DNA of 64,000 nucleotides from Eledone cirrhosa (Eukaryota), in contig OZ024741.1 in NCBI GenBank assembly GCA_964016885.1, positions 200,818,001 through 200,882,000 of the forward strand, read 5' to 3'. The notes below the pieces were generated by a model. That model was given only the letters and a program-made list of their open reading frames with translations. It did not search any database and had not been told where the DNA came from. A program made the translations under genes and the position numbers. Within the stretch, counting starts at the first letter, position 1; every line of letters begins with the position of its first letter. Shown piece after piece: positions 24,958 through 38,430 of this stretch.

Positions 24958-25404
24958 GAGGCGAGGCTGTGTGTTTACTAGAAGCGAAGTGTTAGAAGAT
25001 AATCGGGACGTAAACAAGAGAAGAAAAGTTTCACTTCGTCAGCTGTTTACTACTGATCTTAGATGTTTTGGCGCTTAAAACAGAACATCGATCCGTAGCG
25101 CGCCCATGCCCTTTTATCCATCGAAAGGCCATGAGGGAAAGAAGTGATAGTGAAGAGAGAGGAAGAAAGAAAAAAGGGGAGAAGGAAAAAACGAAGTAAA
25201 CATACCGATAGAAGGGGGAACACGGGACAATGGCACATGTATGTAAGTAACCGAAGAGAAAATAGATCGAGTTATACCGAGCCGATCGGTATAAGCCCGG
25301 TGGCCGTATAACTGAGGAGCAAGGTTTTTTCCGTGGCGATTCCGAGTAAAGTGCGTGTAGAGAGAGAGAAAGAGGGAGAAACCGGAAGTGAGAGGGGATA
25401 GAGG

Positions 25405-25466
<62 letters not shown>

Positions 25467-26135
25467 GGAAGACACAAATATAAGGACAGTTCCTGCTCAT
25501 ATGAGCAGGAACTGTCCTTATATTTGTGTCTTCCGTGTTTTCCCACTTTTTTTAAATAATATTTATTTGTAAACACACAGCCTCATTTTTAATTCTATAT
25601 TATTTTACTGCTGTGTCCTCTCTTTCTCTTCTACTACCTGGTTCTCTCCCGCTATCTTCCCCTATTCTTCCCCCTCTCACAGTTCTATTACTTCCCTTCT
25701 GTTCATCCTACCTACTCCACTTCCGTTCAACTTTTGTTTCTTCCTTTTACGATCTGCCCGTCTAACTGACCAGTCGACTTGTTCTTTCTCTCTCGTTAAT
25801 ACGGTTTCAGAACTTTTATTAATCTTTTTCCTTTCCCTACGGTTACTAACCACACATATGTGTGCTGCCATCTTCGTATATTTTGCCGTTCTATATCGGT
25901 ATGTGGTTTTTTTTCTTTCTTTCTTTGTGATTTTTTTTATTGTTGTTTTTCTTCGTCCATTGTCCGTTGCGTTTTTTCCCGGACAGCTATCCATTTTAGC
26001 TATTAATGCACTGTGGCGAATAGTTCCGTCTTTAATGCATTCGAAATATAGTATTCCACAGAAAACAGCCGATGAGCGGGAACTGTCTTTATGTTCGTGT
26101 CTTCCGTGTTTTCACCCATGCTTTTTTAATTATAT
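24955..26135. mobile_element. Two related non-coding elements (~570-nt unit) with a core-only HHR-like motif
   Basis: Minus copy 25405->24955 and plus copy 25501-26135 share cggttact...tatcggtatg and gtaaacacacagcctc blocks. The plus copy has a terminal direct repeat (25501 vs 26072) and a perfect palindrome at 25464-25537. Confidence 0.55.
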
Positions 26136-26142
26136 ATATATA

Positions 26143-26716
26143 TAATTGTTTCTACTTTAGGCACAAGGCCAGCAATTACCCAGTGCATTACTGGTACTTT
26201 ATTTTATCGACCCCGTAAGGATGAAAGGCAAAGTCAACCTCGGCGGGATTTGAACTCAGATCGTAAAGGGACGTAACTATACTGGAAAGCATGGCGTCCG
26301 ACCCTCTACCGATACTGCCAATTCACCGCCCTATATATATATAATTATAATTGTTTCTATTTTAGACACAAGGCCAGCAATTAACCAGTACATTACTGGT
26401 ACTTTATTTTATCGACCCCGTAAGGATGAAAGGCAAACTTAACCTCGGCCGGATTTGAACTCAGATCGTAAAGGGACGTAACTATGCTGGAAAGCATGTC
26501 CGACCCTCTACCGATACTGCCAATATAATTGTTTCTACTTTTGGCACAAGGCCAGCAATTATTCCAGTGCATTACTGGTACTTTATTTTATCGACCCCGT
26601 AAGGATGAAAGGCAAAGTTAACCTCGGCGGGATTTGAACTCAGATCATAAAGGGAGGTAACTCTATGCTTCAAAGCATGGCGTCCGACCCTTACCGATAC
26701 TGCCAATCCACTGCCA
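26143..26716 (-). mobile_element. Three tandem copies of the major tRNA-derived SINE
   Basis: Units start at about 26143, 26348 and 26525 (taattgtttctac...gaccccgtaaggatgaaaggcaaag...atttgaactcag...gatactgccaat). Confidence 0.9.
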
Positions 26717-27044
26717 ATATAATGATAATGTAATTCAATTTTTATTTATTTTTAAAATGGCTCTGATTTTTATAACGAGAATATTCAGCGTAGTATAATG
26801 ATTGTGTTTTGTTTCATATTTTTGGTGTCTTAGTATACGATGTTAATTCTTCAGGTTGTTTGTGTGAACGTTTATCTTTAAATTGACATCCTTGTGAACA
26901 TGTGCTTTCTTCTTCTGAAGATTATGGTGAGATATATATTTATCGGTGATTTCATGTTTAAATTTTCCCTCCATTTTAAAATTGCACCGTTAAAATATCT
27001 TTCCATTGTTTATAAGTGTAATTTGATTCTCCCTCATAAAATTC

Positions 27045-27090
<46 letters not shown>

Positions 27091-27097
<7 letters not shown>

Positions 27098-28890
27098 GAA
27101 AAAGTGGAGAATAACATGGTCAACAGTACAAAAAAGGGGATTTATTTACAGTCTAACAATTGTTTCACTGATAAAGTTGTCTAAAAATTGCTGAAGCAGT
27201 GCCACTCAATTTTCAATACGATGTTAACTCGATCAGATAGACACTCTAAGATTAACAGGAATCTCTTAAATACAACGACTCTCGCCAATAAAATCTGGCA
27301 ACTCAAGGATGCAGACATGGAATATAAAATCAGCTGGACGAAGCTATCAAAAGCAACGGCCTATCAAATTGGTATGTCCCACTGTAATATGGAACTTTTT
27401 AACAGTAAAATTGAAAGAACTATTTTCTGTCGACATAAATCGGCGACCAAATTTGAGAACTTTAGACCAGCTTAATTCCATCTTATCTATTCCATAACCC
27501 AGATTGTACCACTTAGATCTATTATATCACATTATCAGCATCATCATCATTATGATTATGATTATAATTATAATTGTCATCATCTATCAAAGAACAACAT
27601 GAAAACCTCTTATATTTACATTTTTATTTTATATATCTCTATCTTTCAATCTCTACCTTTATATTTCTCTCCCTAAATTTATTTCATCTCTGACATTTTA
27701 TTTTATCATATAATATAACTTAAAACTAATTAATTAATTTATTTATTAAAATAACCAATACACACATAAATATATTTAACATTATCATATTTTTACCTTC
27801 ATATCTCTCCATATATTTTAACAATTCTCAAAAATCACTCTCAATAATTTTAATATGTTTGAATATTCTTCGCACATTTTTACTTCTTTTACGTATTTAT
27901 TTTCATTTTTCATTTTTCACATTTTATACCATTTTATATCACATTAGTTGTAATTTATTTATTTATTTATTTATCTATTTTTATATATTTTTATATATTT
28001 ATTTTTATTTTTATTTACATTTATTAATGTATTAACGTTTATTCATTTATTGCTGATATCATTATTTTTCCCTCTATTTTTCTTTCTATCCTACGTTATT
28101 TCTACAAAGGGCGGTGGATTGGCAGTATCGTTAGAGGGTCGGACGCCATGCTTTCCAGCATAGTTACGTCCCTTTACGATCTGAGTTCAAATCCCGCCGA
28201 GGTTGACTTTGCCTTTCATCCTTACGGGGTCGATAAAATAAAGTACCAGTAATGCACTGGTTAATTACTGGCCTTGTGCCTAAAGTAGAAACAGTTATTT
28301 CTACTTATGCTTGTCTCTCCTCTGTCTATCATCATTTTCCATATATTTTCTTCTATTTATATCTTTCTCTGTAATAATTTATCCTTTTCCTTTTTTTTTT
28401 TTTTTTTTTTTCCTTCTTCTTTTTTTCTTTTTCCTTTCCTTTCTTTCTTTACTGTATCTATCTCCCTTTCTTCATTCTTTTCTCTCTCTATCTTTATTAT
28501 TAATATTATTATTGATGATGTATTTGAATTTGTAAATTTGCCGGTTACATTTATATTTTTTATAACAGTTTCCGAAGATCTGATCGAGCTAACATCGTAT
28601 TTAAAATTGAGTGGCACTGCTTCTAGTGTTCAGCAATTTTAGGACAATTTTATCAGTGCAACAATTGTTAGTCTGTAAATAAATCCCCTTTTTTGTACTG
28701 TTGACCATGTTATTCTCCACTTTTCCAATGTTATTACTCCAAGATAAACTTACATAGGAATACAAGTGAAATCATAAACTCGTCATCAACGTAAACCTCT
28801 TGTTGAGTCATACAACGCCGTACGGTAAAACTATCCATAATAAGAAGTATTCACAACTTCTAACTGGATTACCTATAACGATATTTTGTT
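27091..28890. mobile_element. Neptune-type PLE remnant: inverted pLTR piece + GIY-YIG C-terminus + 3' UTR + long-helix-II HHR
   Basis: 27091-27238 is the reverse complement of 28578-28728; ORF 27188-27475 has TTLANKIWQLKD..Y.ISW...C...CRH; HHR at 28565-28676; (TA)n at both ends. Confidence 0.7.
28106..28293 (+). mobile_element. Full-length tRNA-derived SINE with 11-bp TSD
   Basis: A box tggcagtatcgtt, B box gagttcaaatccc; TSD gttatttctac at 28095-28105 and 28294-28304. Confidence 0.9.
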
Positions 28891-29052
28891 ATATATATAT
28901 ATAGTAATAATAATAAATTTGAAGACTAAATCCAAAGAGGGCTCGATAAGGATAAATATATCAGAAGATCCCGTTAAGGGTGAACGCAGCGATTCTTTGC
29001 TTAAACTTTAACCTGTTATTTTAATACACACACACACATATATATATATATA

Positions 29053-29100
<48 letters not shown>

Positions 29101-29142
29101 TTTTATTTATTTATTATTTTTTTTTTTTCAAATTCTCCGATG

Positions 29143-29219
<77 letters not shown>

Positions 29220-29829
29220 ACATCGGAGAATTTGAAAATTAGATAGTGAAAATAGAGTAAAGTGGTTATGGTAGCTAAAGATGTGGGTTCGTCTCCCATG
29301 TACGTCAATGCTCATCCCTTTTCCATTCTGTGGAGTTTTATAACTCCAACTATTAGGCTAATTTATTTAGTCAAAAATACGGCGGAAGCTTTATTTTTAC
29401 TATCTAATATATATATAATACATGAAGAGGGGGGGGGGGAATACGAGAAAATAAAATGTATGTATAATAGGAATATAGATAATTTACTTATATGTTAAAC
29501 AGTATTTCCAGAGTTCTGGTTTGCTGAATGTAGTACAAAAGAATCAAATGAACAACTCTTCGATGAAACGATTGTCTTAATAATCGATAAAATGCCATGG
29601 ATCAAATACTTTCTAGACTTGGTCTCCGCATGACTATAGATTTTGAATTTCCAGCCTGAACTTCCGGATAAAAAAAAAATAGATTAAACCAATCGAATTA
29701 TAACAAAGACTTTTGCACATTTTTTCTTATTAAATGGTTAACAATAGGAATTTGAAATGGCATTCAAGGTTTCTATCTGAATACCACGTCATCATACTGA
29801 GGTGAAGGCCTGTGTGAAGTTATCCGCCT

Positions 29830-30115
29830 CACAATTGTGAGTTCGAATCTCTGCGAAACGTTCCGTTCTTTCGTAGGTGCTTTATTTCACGTTCCTTTGG
29901 TTCATTCAGCTGGAAATAAAATATGTTATATCTGTCCTTCAAAGGGTCAGCCATGTAATATGCTGTGCCACACTGAATATGCAGGAGAACTATGTTAAGA
30001 GTGCACGTGTCTATGGAAAGGTCTACCACCTGTACTTTAATTTCCTGAGTATGCTGTTCCATTGTTCGAACAACATGAACACTCCTCGTTGCAAGCGATG
30101 GAATTCCAACACTTA
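29830..30115 (+). mobile_element. Second SINE family copy
   Basis: gagttcgaatc B box and caaagggtcagcc...gagaactatgttaag...gttcgaacaac; homologous to 32230-32545. Confidence 0.55.
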
Positions 30116-30299
30116 CTCATACTCTGGTAAAACCAAATTTACCATAAATCATTTCAGTATCGTAGGTTTTAGTTTGTTCAATTGATGAACATTTGATTTG
30201 TTGAATAAAAAAGAAAAAAAGGGGAGGTAAAAATTGGTGTAAAAAAAAATAAAAGCAGGTAAAATAACTGTGAAGAAACTGGTTTTAATGTGTTTAAGT

Positions 30300-30347
30300 G
30301 TGTGTGTATACATATACTATACACATATATATATATACACACACACT

Positions 30348-30389
<42 letters not shown>

Positions 30390-30397
30390 CACACACA

Positions 30398-30453
<56 letters not shown>

Positions 30454-30548
30454 TATAAATATATATACATATATATAAATACATATATATATATATATAT
30501 ATACATATATATAAATACATATATATAAATATATATACATATATATAA

Positions 30549-30595
<47 letters not shown>

Positions 30596-30612
30596 TATAT
30601 ACATATATATAA

Positions 30613-30685
<73 letters not shown>
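30300..30685. repeat. Compound (TA)n/(CA)n microsatellite, one of dozens in the window
   Basis: Direct reading; such tracts generate most of the [12 protein letters not shown] ORFs in the track. Confidence 0.95.
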
Positions 30686-30686
<1 letters not shown>

Positions 30687-32229
30687 GAGAGATAGAGAGA
30701 GATGGGGGAGGGCGTGTGTGAGCGTGTATGTGCGTGCTTGTGTGTGACAATGAATGCCCATTGATTATCATCAGTGCCAATGATGTAACTGTTAGATTTC
30801 AAACAGAGACTGGACGAGCGGGGAGAAGTTGACGGAAGGAAAGGAGCACTTCATTCATCATTGCAATTTGAGTCTGAAATTTTATAAAGTCGGTTGCACT
30901 GAACAGATCTCTCCGCAAATACCGGCAGTGCTGTCTATTTAGAAGATAAATCTCAGCCTCATGGCTAACATAAAGGATTGAACAACGAAGAAGTGTCATC
31001 TTTTCACGGCTAATTTATTTAACGTAGTTCTTTTACAAGCTTCATCCGAACATTTATATTCCTTACCACTAATCCACAACCTCTTTTAACACCCTCACTC
31101 CCCCCTCACTCTGCCTATCCTTCTCTCTCTCTCTCTCTGTCTCTCCCACTCTCTTCCCACGTTCCTCTCTTCTATCCGTCTCTCTTTCTCCTATCCTTCT
31201 CCCTCTCTCCCTTTCTCACTCTCTTCCTATGCTTCTATGCTTCTCCCTCCCCCCTATCTCTCTTTCTTCTTTTCTTCTTCTTTCCATATGAATAAATAAG
31301 TAACCAACAGTGTTCCTGAAATATGCAACTCAACATTCGTTTTTTTAGGAATTCATTCAATTTAAATCTAAAGCCAAGCTGTGAAATGTGAAATTATTTC
31401 AATCATATTGACATGTGGATAATTTCTCAAACTAAGGCAAAACAATCCTAAGTTAATCATCGAGAAACAATAAATTTTAAAAACAAATGGTTAAAATACA
31501 TTTGTGTTTGCTTCGTATTTATGGTTTAAAAATAAATGTTATAATATGCATTTTGTATTGAAAATACAGTTTTATCTTTTTATCAAAGCTTTTAGGTAAT
31601 TTTGTGTAAGATCCTTTCAGTTTCTTTGAAGCAATAATGTTTTCAAATCTAACATCAACGTTTCTAGATATTTATACGGTCTTATCTTCTGATTTAAGTG
31701 ATGTTGGCGTGTGTTGCTGCCAATCTAATTTGCGTAGTCATCACCACTGATATTTGCATGTATACCAGTCACCAATCAGTAATTGTTTCATCCTAAATCG
31801 TCTATTTTTGCACAATAAACTGTCTATTTTCAATTCACATATACATTATCACTGTTATTTGCATGTAACATCAGTTAGTTGTTTACATGTGTGTATATTT
31901 TAGCATTGTAATGTATTTGTTTCATCCTAAATCGTGTATTATTTAGAGAAATTCTGCATAATAAAGATGTGTTTTTCCAAATAGATTTTGTTTTGTTTGT
32001 TTTTGTAGTTCATTGCAATTGCTCTTTGTAAGTCCTTGGTGTGCTGGAGGAAAAATGTTTTATTTGCATGAGCCATAGAACAGTTGGCGTTTCCGAGGTT
32101 TACAGGGGTTTTTGATGATAGTGTATTTAGCTATTTTATAAGTAGTTCAGATTTGTTTCCTGGAATACACTTTATGTGTAGTATGTATATTTTTGATGGG
32201 GCCCTAGTGTTTGATGACAAAGACGCGGG

Positions 32230-32545
32230 GCTAGGTGGTTTGAACGTTTAGCTGACGATCGTAAAGTCGTGAGTTCGATTCTTGACAGCCCGTTGTGTCT
32301 TTGAACAAAACATTTCCCATTGTTTCTTTCCACTTAGCTGGTAAAAATGCGTTGTACCTGTGGTTCAAAGGGCCAGCCTTTCAACCTGTTTCATGCTGAA
32401 CTTTCCTGAGAACTATGTTAAGGGTGTACGTATTATGTTTTAAGCAACTTACTAGTTCAGGAACTTACGCGTTAATTTCATGAACAGACCCTTTCCGCTG
32501 TTCGAACAACTGGAACACTCGTCGTCGGAACCGACGGAAGTCCAA
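32230..32545 (+). mobile_element. Second SINE family copy
   Basis: tRNA-like head with gagttcgattc and the same body as 29830-30115. Confidence 0.6.
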
Positions 32546-32569
32546 CATATATGTATATATATATTTTTT

Positions 32570-33230
32570 CATCTTCCTCTTGCTCGATTGGACTAGGGTC
32601 ATCCTATGCCAGCGATCCCAGAGGGGGTATCGTGCATAGAACCGACACGGTCCACCAATGACCTCCATTGCTAGAGGTCTCGTGCGGGGCCTGCTGCGGG
32701 CTTCTCCCAGCCTACAGCTGTTGCATCGAACATCAGAAATGGTCTGCTCATGAAATTACCGCGTAATTTGCTGAACTGGTAGGATAATCTGGCGGGAGGC
32801 GAAGGACATGTCCGTACCAGCGCATTCGTCGGATGCCTACGAGGCGGGAGGCTGCTGGTTGATGCTTGCGCGCACGTAATTCTTTGTTGGAAACGTGGTA
32901 GTACCATCTGATGTTCTCGATGGTCTTCAAAGCTCTGCTATTGAAGCCGTCTATTTTTTTGCCAGGGTTTTTGTGAGGGACCACGTTTCTGCTCCATGGA
33001 TGAGGACCGACGCAGAGTTGGCGCAGAGGCACTAAAGAGGCCTCCATAAGCAGTGCATGGCTTCGGTGGCCAGACCACATCTACGGTTGATCTCCTGGGT
33101 TAGGTCTCCATTGTTGGTGTCTGTCGAGCCCAGGTAAATGAAGGAGCTGATAAACTCCATGACGTCGGGGTCGATATGAAGCGGGAGAGGATCCGAGCCA
33201 TCACCGACATGCGTGAGCTTTATCTTCACT
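32570..33230 (-). pseudogene. RTE-like LINE, RT C-terminal fragment
   Basis: FIYLGS...DLTQEINRRCGLA and RRMRWYGHVLRLP motifs across frameshifted ORFs. Confidence 0.7.
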
Positions 33231-35460
33231 TAGCTTACCATCTGTGTGTATGTATGTATGTATGTATGTATGTATGTATGTATGTATGTATGTATGTATG
33301 TTACTTCCCTGTACTAATTATCTTACAAGAATGGTAACGTTGTTGCCAGAGTCAAACCCGTAGACAAAAACAATTTTCTAACAATTTCTGAAGTCAACAG
33401 AGCTGGCAAGATCTAGCCCGGCCTCTTATAGTTCACTGCCCAAATCATGCATAAATTTGCTTTGCACATGTCCCGATATATAGCACAAGCCAACGGGTGA
33501 CACCTATATGTGTTTGCTCGACCTACTGGAAATAACAACCAAATCTCCCTAAAATCATACTCTTCTGTTTTGAAAATGAGCAGCGCATTTGATATGATTC
33601 TATACACACGATGCCTAAAAATGAACATGGTGGTCATTGCTAGAACATTTTTGATCCATGGCTTGCTCGTCTACTGCTGACCTAGGGCAAAACAGCAACA
33701 TAAACACCAGTTTACTGTGTCCCCAAACAAGAATGGTTGCACCCCCTTACGAAAGTGGATTGCCCCTAAAAGAACAGTATATAATTCGTCATACTAAATA
33801 ACGCATCTAATAAAACCCTGCAGGATTATTACTTTCAACGTTTTTATTCACTTCCGCCATGAAGTTAATTCCGAGTTAACTGAACTCTTTCTTCGTTTCC
33901 TTCAGATCTTTCGTCTACATTAAATATTCATATGACTTATTTATTTACTTATTTATTCAAGTGAATGACTCCATTCATTTTCTTCAACTGTATTTGTGTT
34001 GGTCGCTGACTCTCTATTTTAGCCAGCGTATCTCTCTTTTCGTCTTCTCCTTCATCAAAATATGCCTGCTCCTCCTCCTCTCACTTCTAGTCTTTCTTCT
34101 TTCTAGCGTGAGAAAACCTCCCAGTTAAAGATAAATCATCTATGTCTGATGAAACTAAGGTCAAAGTTGCTAACCAAAACATAAAACGCCAGTAAATAAA
34201 CAGAAACAAAAAAAGAAGAGGAAATGAAGGGATATAAACTTCAGTCTACGGCTTGAAAGGCTTAATCCTTATTAATATTTACATCTTCCGGCTTGTGAGG
34301 ACTTATCGTTAGCATTGTAAAATAGTGAGCTATTCGACTGGGTAATTGACTAGCTACCGACCAGCCTTACTGAAGGGGAAATCTACTCAATATGTATTTG
34401 TATTGATTCAGCTTATAGGAAAGGCCGTATGTGGAAGATTGATGGTAAGGAAAGGCCTAGATATCATATGACGTCAGTTTATCTTTCATATATGATTAAA
34501 TTTGATATATTTACTATATTATCTATTTGATATGTATATATACAGCAATAAGAAGAACGCCAACGAGCCTAAAGCATTTTAGTATGAATAATTGTATCAA
34601 AGAATTTAATGGGTAAAGTATAGAATTAATTACTAACATTTTAAATATATTGTTGGCGTCTTGTTTCTGATCAAAACACTTTATTCAACATTTCCTTATT
34701 TATCATAACTCTCAGAAATAGATACCCGATGATTAGATAATATGAGCTCTGATAGAACTGTTCCCTATCACGTGAACGAATCATATCCTACTTTACAACA
34801 TGGAACTGGCGGAATTGAATCTAAGCATCTCCATCTAAGGAACTTTGGTGATTTGTATCCCCTCCCTCCATCCGCTATATACTCACACGTAAATATGATT
34901 TATATAAACATGTGCGCATATATTTTGCTATACACGTGAGTGCATTTTTAGTTACACACTGTATTTATACAGATATAAGTTTATGGTAAACTTCGGCTAC
35001 TAGTGCTCTTCTTGCTATATATATCTTAATTAATTACCAACACGAGTGCTAATTATATACAAATTAGTATGTCCGTTTCAGAATTGTACTAAGAGGGAAT
35101 GGGAATATATAGCGATCAAATACATGTTTCCTTCTGGTTGCTTGGATGATATACATGTTTCTTTATCAGGGTCTAATAAGATCCGAAAACTGATTAAAGA
35201 TGTTTTTCGTTTTTCAATTTACACAGAAGTTCGTATTATCTGGCATGTTTACATTCCCACATATTAGACATGTGTATATATTCATACACAATGTGCAGTC
35301 ATGGTTACACATTGTGTATTTATACAGATATTAATTTATCATACACTTCGGCTGCTAGGGCACGTCTTACTATATATATATAAATGGCAGACTGAATAGG
35401 CAAGTGCGTTTTTTTTAATATATATATTTCTATTTCATATTATTTTTCTCATTCCATAAT

Positions 35461-35550
35461 CTGATGAAGGACTTTAGTCCGAAACGATAACAGTCTTTTC
35501 CTATTACTTCGTGCATTAAACTGATATTTTTCTTCATTGTATTGTGTTGC
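35461..35550 (+). ncRNA. Hammerhead core with tail, helix I lost
   Basis: CTGATGA-a-ggac(ttta)gtcc-GAAA-cg..; tail homologous to the 757-791 element. Confidence 0.6.
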
Positions 35551-35699
35551 TCGGGAATTCTATTACCAGTAAAAGGTTTGGCAATTAATTGTAGCCGTAG
35601 TGATAGCAGCGATAAAGATAATAGTAGTAATGATAATAACGGCAACAACAGTAACAGTCTCAATAATGGTTTCATTTATTGTCCACAAGGGCCGACATA

Positions 35700-36900
35700 T
35701 AGGGGACAATACAATAGACAGGGACATTGGGGTTTTTACATAAACATCGAGTAAAAAAAAGCAAAGCCATAACAATAAACAAGAAAAATACAACAATGAA
35801 AATTCCCCAATATGGGGGATAACTAGGCAGGGTTGATTCAGGTACTCTACCAATCCTGAACCACCCGACCGAGGCTTCGAGGGCGACCGGAAAGGGGACC
35901 TCCTTTCCTCCTCAAATTAACCAGTCTACAGCCGCATGATCAGAGTAGGCCCATTCACACGGGCCATTCTCGCCACATTCACCCACATTTCAGCAAATGT
36001 ACTGGAAGTGGGGCAGCACTTAATTCTCCACCCTCACCTTCCTTTCCAAGTGAAATTTTAAAAGGTTGATGAGGGATTGGCCGAAGAGAAAAGTGTCTGT
36101 CTTCAGTCCTTTCAACATGGTTCACTACTGCCACCAGACAGACGAAAATTGCCTGCCCTTCCTGGCCAAAAGAAGACGGCGGGTCCATCTTCACTATGGA
36201 CTCGGCCGATAGCCGGATCCATTCTACACGCGACAACAGCTGTTTGACATAGCTCTACAAGTCAGTTATGCACGGACACTGGACGAGTGCGTGCGGAACG
36301 GTTTCGTCACCCTGCGCGCATCTCGAGCACGTCTGTCTGACAGCACCTCAGTGCCTGTAGAGTTTACCTCGAACCGGCAGAAGTTATCCATCGTTCCTGG
36401 CTCGAAAATTCTCCGGAACAGACTGGTTAGTTCGACTTCGTCGACGTCCAAAACCTCTCCGAGTGCGTCGTCGCACTTGCCCACTACTAACCTTCTATAG
36501 AACTCGAGAGTGTAAGTTACACTGACAGCATTGCCCACCTGGTAGAGAGCAGTGATGCCTGGCAAAATTCCAGATGCCAGGCGCTCAGTCTCGGCCTCTT
36601 CTTGACCCAGGACTGCAGCTCAGTCAAAGAGACGAGCTGCGGAAAGGACAAACGACGACCACACCTGTTCACCGTTTGGGCAGAATACCTGGAGAGGCCG
36701 CAGCCTCAGCGCATGTTTCTGCATCATTAAGCACAGCACGCCCAACCCTCCACATAGAGAGTGCTGGCAGCAGAGGGACGCCTCGCCAACGGAACCGGCC
36801 CCTCCACAAGAAGTTGAAGAGAAGCCGTTCCAATTTGACAAGGCACAAACGGGGGTAAAACACGACGGTCAGGTAAAAACAAAGGGGAGTAATCGACAGT
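35700..36900 (-). pseudogene. Tx1/L1-like non-LTR retrotransposon 3' fragment
   Basis: KLERLLFNFLWRG, a decayed C..C...HA zinc-knuckle region (36290-36330) and AIFVCLVAVV; GC-richer than flanks; frameshifted. Confidence 0.5.
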
Positions 36901-36944
36901 CCTGTTTCTCACTCGTTAGCGGTTATTAAGACTACTTATCTCTT

Positions 36945-37475
36945 CGCTTCCGCCAAGAACTATAGAAGCTGGATTCTTCTAGAATTCCAGTAATGTTTAA
37001 GAGCTGATTAAGCAGAGCGGTTGCCGGTCCAGAAAAAGTTGGTTATTAGTATTGGTACTCTGAAATAACGATGTATATATGAATGTATGTATAGTATATT
37101 TGATAACATACTGTATGTTTAATTAAAAACATTTTTAAGACCATTTGCCGACAATAAGTAAGTGACATAGTCACTACTTTAAAATTCATAGCGAATGGTC
37201 TTCAAAATGTGTTTAATTAAACATACGGTATATTATCAAATATACTATGCATACATTCATACATACATTACTATTTCAGAGCACCAATACCCACATTTTG
37301 CTGGACCGGCAACCGCTCTGTTTAATCAGCTCTTAAATATTACTGGAATTCTATAAGAATCCAGCTTCTATAACTCTCAGCAGAAACGAAGGATATACAG
37401 TAATATACAGTATGTTATCAAATATGCTATACAGACGTTCATATATACATCACTATTTCAGAGTACCAATGCTAA
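36945..37475. repeat. Diverged foldback element
   Basis: Arms about 36945-37150 and 37190-37390; 37403-37475 repeats part of the right arm in tandem. Confidence 0.75.
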
Positions 37476-37492
37476 TATATATATATATATAT

Positions 37493-37916
37493 ATAAGTAT
37501 GTATACGTACATACATATATGTATACATATATGTATACAGACGTACACTAGTATGTATATACATACATACATGCACACATATATATATGTACGTATGGGT
37601 TTACCGAACATTTATTTTAATGCTCGGTTTGTTTGTAAACAAAGGTATAGGAAGGTATACGGTGCTGATGAGTGCTAATAAGCTAGAAACTAGTTCATCG
37701 TTCCTTTGTCAGTGTTGAACAAAAGGGCAACGATGGTTGCCGAAAACTGTACGGCTAATATTTCGGACTTTTTGTTTACAAACAAACCGAGCATTATAAT
37801 AAATGTTCGGTAAACCCATACGTACATATATATATATATGTGTGTGCATGTATGTATGTATATACATACTAGTGTACGTCTGTATACATATATGCATGTA
37901 CGTATACATACTTATA
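37493..37916. mobile_element. Inverted repeat element with an HHR between its arms
   Basis: Arms about 37493-37643 and 37771-37916; HHR cggtg-CTGATGA-gtgctaataagcta-GAAA-ctag-TT-catcg at 37660-37700 (+). Confidence 0.75.
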
Positions 37917-37965
37917 TTTAAGTATCAGCCGTACTAAGAGTGAGAAATGAAATTTCATTTTTTCA

Positions 37966-38109
<144 letters not shown>

Positions 38110-38233
38110 GGGTGTGTATGATTGTGTATAGAAGATTATATTAATAAGAGGAATTCCAACTTTGTCTGATTTACTCGTTTTATTTACAATCCTTTAAAAT
38201 ATATTATGGTATTATAATGAAATAGTATGATAG

Positions 38234-38430
38234 AGTATTAAATTCTAAGTGTTAATTGAACAAGTACTTTCATGCTTTCGCAATCTTCAGGTTCATAATA
38301 TGTGGTGACAGTCAAGTTTGCAATTTTTAACTGTTGAAAATTGCAAACTTGACTGTCACCACATATTATGAACCTGAAGATTGCGAAAGCATGAAAGTAC
38401 TTGTTCAATTAACACTTAGAATTTAATACT
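38234..38430. repeat. Near-perfect palindrome with two complete minimal HHRs
   Basis: + arm tgaac-CTGAAGA-t-tgc(gaaa)gca-t-GAAA-gtac-TT-gttca at 38369-38407; mirror copy at 38257-38295. Confidence 0.88.

Noticed and set aside
26143-26716. tRNA genes or a CRISPR-like array
   Set aside because: The A/B boxes belong to SINE heads, and the repeats are ~190-bp SINE copies without spacers in a eukaryotic context.
30790-31010. Unique-looking segment that might be a host exon
   Set aside because: No recognisable protein similarity or convincing splice context.
31950-32220. Possible further PLE endonuclease remnant on the minus strand
   Set aside because: Only vague compositional resemblance; no readable motif.
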